Positions 61,387 through 64,000 of a DNA stretch of 64,000 nt are shown piece after piece. This DNA comes from Geosiphon pyriformis uo1 (taxonomy: Eukaryota > Fungi > Glomeromycota). The stretch's first letter is position 1. Each line of letters opens with the position of its first letter. The notes under the pieces are model-generated. The model was not told the origin of the DNA, did not search any database, and saw nothing but the letters and a program-made list of their open reading frames with translations. Where the stretch lies: NCBI GenBank assembly GCA_016748015.1, contig JAAOMT010000608.1, forward strand, positions 124,001-188,000, in the 5' to 3' direction. A program made the position numbers and the translations under genes.

Positions 61387-64000
61387 TAGTTTAACTTTTT
61401 CATTAAATAACTTAATTGGTATATACTTTAATTAGATTTTCGTAAAAATTTTTGTTTACAAACAATTACAGTTAAAATTAATTTCAAAAACAGGATATTT
61501 AGCCACTGTCACTTTAACCTGCAATTAATTTCCAATATTAAATGAAAATTCTAGCGACCGTAAAGTTAATAAAGGACTGGCATCAAATTTTTAATACTTA
61601 AAGAGTGCTGTAGTTTAATTTTTTGGATGTTATATTTTATCAAAGAAAAGGAGATTGTTATCAAACCTCGTTCAGTGAGAAATAAAAAGTTCTGTCTTAA
61701 ATTTGAAATGAATTGTTATTTTTTAATCAAAATGAAATATTTTTAAATATATTTAATAATTAATTAAGTTAAAAAATAGATTTCCCAATAATTAAAATAA
61801 ATAATCGAAATAAATAAATAAAAATTTGAATTAAAAAATAAATATACATGTAAATTTTAATCCGAAGTTGAATGTGCTTCGGATTAATTGTGAAGCACGT
61901 GATAAAAAGTACAACAAATAAAAATGGGTATAATGTAAGAAACTCTCATCTTTTAGTTTTTATTTAAACAAAAAAACACATAACTAAAGTAAAAAGATAT
62001 TAATTAGTGTAATTAAGCTTGATAAAATTAATAATAAATATAACTATTAAAGATATTTAAAATTATTTAAATCAAGAAATTTATTTATTTATCTCTTTTT
62101 AAAATTATTTACTTTTAAAACTAAGAATTTTTTGTAAGCATAGCATCTAAACCAACATTTTCAACCTCTTTAGAATCTTTTATACTATAAAATATTTTGA
62201 TCTAATAATATGTTTTCAACTGGTAAAGTAAAACAATTTTAAAGCTATGTCTATGTAAATAAAGATTCATTAATTGAAAATTAATTAAAAATATATTTAA
62301 AAATGTACAGAATAAGCATTTTATAGGTTATCATTAATTACATTTAGATTATTTGGAACTAAAACTATGTAATAATTAAAAATTATATTTTTAAAATATT
62401 ATCTTTTATTGAAATAAAGTATGAGTGTTTTATTTACAATAGCTTTATTAAAAGTATTTAATATATAATATTAATAAAAAATGTAAATGTAATACATTTT
62501 TATTCAAAACAATAAAAATTTTTTGAAAATTTGTTTTTCAATGTTAAAATTTAATAATTAATATAAAAAAAAACTTAATTACATTATGTATTATTATTTT
62601 AAATTGTTTATAGTATTTTAAAAAAATATCTTTTATGATTATAATTTAATTGTTATTTATTATTTCTGTTAATTTCATTTTGAAAAGTATTTAAATATTT
62701 TTCAATAGCAATTGAGATCAAACTTAATTAATACTTAAATATAAATAAAATTTAAATTAAATTTTAAAACTTATTATAAATAGTATTTTGTATATAAAAC
62801 TGTTAAAATTAACTCTGTATTAATAAATAATAAGAAAATAGATTACACCTTTTATTTTTTATATAAAAACAAATAATTGTAAATGTCACAATATTTAAAA
62901 AATAAAATAAAATAAAATAAAATTTTTAACTATTTGTGTTAATAAATATTATATTTTTTATAATATTTATTTTAATACAATTTATTGTTACAATAACTAA
63001 TTTCAAATATTGACATAACTCTTTTTTTGGTTAATAATTTTTACATTTTTTTTATTGCTTTGAAAGTGTATAGTAATGTGCTTTCTACAAGTGACTAGTA
63101 ATCCATTTACATTTTTTATTATATTTCAAATTAATTTGTATTTTTCAAAATTATTTATTTAATTAAAACTTTTCAACATTTAAAAAACCACTAAACTATT
63201 ACGAAATCAATTTTCTCAATTAAATTTGCTATTGATTATTTTTTTATTTTTTCTATTTTTTTTATTGGAGTGTAATTTATAGCATTGTTCATTTAACAAT
63301 TATAAATATGGCATAATTATTAAACAAATAAAACAAAAAAAACCTATTTAAAAAATTAAACTTTAACTTTAAATGATTAATTTAAAAATAATAAAACATG
63401 AAAATTTGGTATCATTTGCATAAAAAACGAAATTAAGGTAAAATGGATATGTTTATAACTTGTTAAAAAAATTGAAATAGTTTTGTTTCGTATTTTTAAA
63501 TAGTTGTTTGAAAATAAAGTAATATAAAATTGTTTTTGTAATAAGTTGTAAGTTTAAAATAATTATATACCGAGTAACAGTTTTTAATTGCTGTTTTAAT
63601 TTACAACTCAATTTAAATGTTTATTTTTATGTTTCTAATATTTGAACATGCATTAATATTAAATTGTGAAATATAAAGTTTTGAACACATTAGATTATTA
63701 TTATTATTATTTTAATTATAAACTTGCTTTAATTTTAAATTTATGGTTGCTATCTTTCTATTATGTCCATTTTTTTTATAAAATACAATCACTAATTTTT
63801 GTATTTATTTTGCTTGTTTTATATTAAAAAATTTCTAATTGTTAAAAATAAAAAAAATAAAAATTTTGTCCTTGAAAATTTTTTATATTTATTCTATATT
63901 TGTTTTTTATGATATTTTTCAAAATAGGATTTAGTTTTAAAACTGTATTTGGAAATATTATTTAATTTAAAATAAGTATTTAGATTGAGATATTAAGTAG

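Overview
AT-rich eukaryotic genomic DNA with compact intron-rich genes (short GT-AG introns) separated by near-pure AT blocks. Gene content (DLG-type tyrosine-kinase-like kinase, Sel1-repeat protein, KCTD-type BTB protein, lipase-3, several P450s) points to an early-diverging fungus, most likely Glomeromycotina (inference). Recognisable content: a lipase-3 lacking its catalytic Ser, a convergent pair of paralogues with a tyrosine-recombinase core-binding-like N-terminus, a BTB gene, a U6 snRNA with an extra 3' UUCG hairpin, a domesticated hAT transposase, a DUF4097-like membrane protein, three P450s, a Sel1 protein, a kinase, an M20 peptidase, two small secreted-protein candidates and a decayed Tc1-like transposon with TIRs. 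The three most notable items are: (i) a decayed Fanzor2/IS607-TnpB-like RNA-guided nuclease gene at about 51.2-52.6 kb that the ORF track captures only in fragments; (ii) an intact intron-containing homologue of the phage thymine-hypermodification domain aGPT-Pplase1/5-hmdU kinase helical domain, with three SIM-like repeats; (iii) a soluble bacterial CYP152-like P450 with six introns directly downstream of it. All protein family calls rest on motif recognition by eye; no database search was run.
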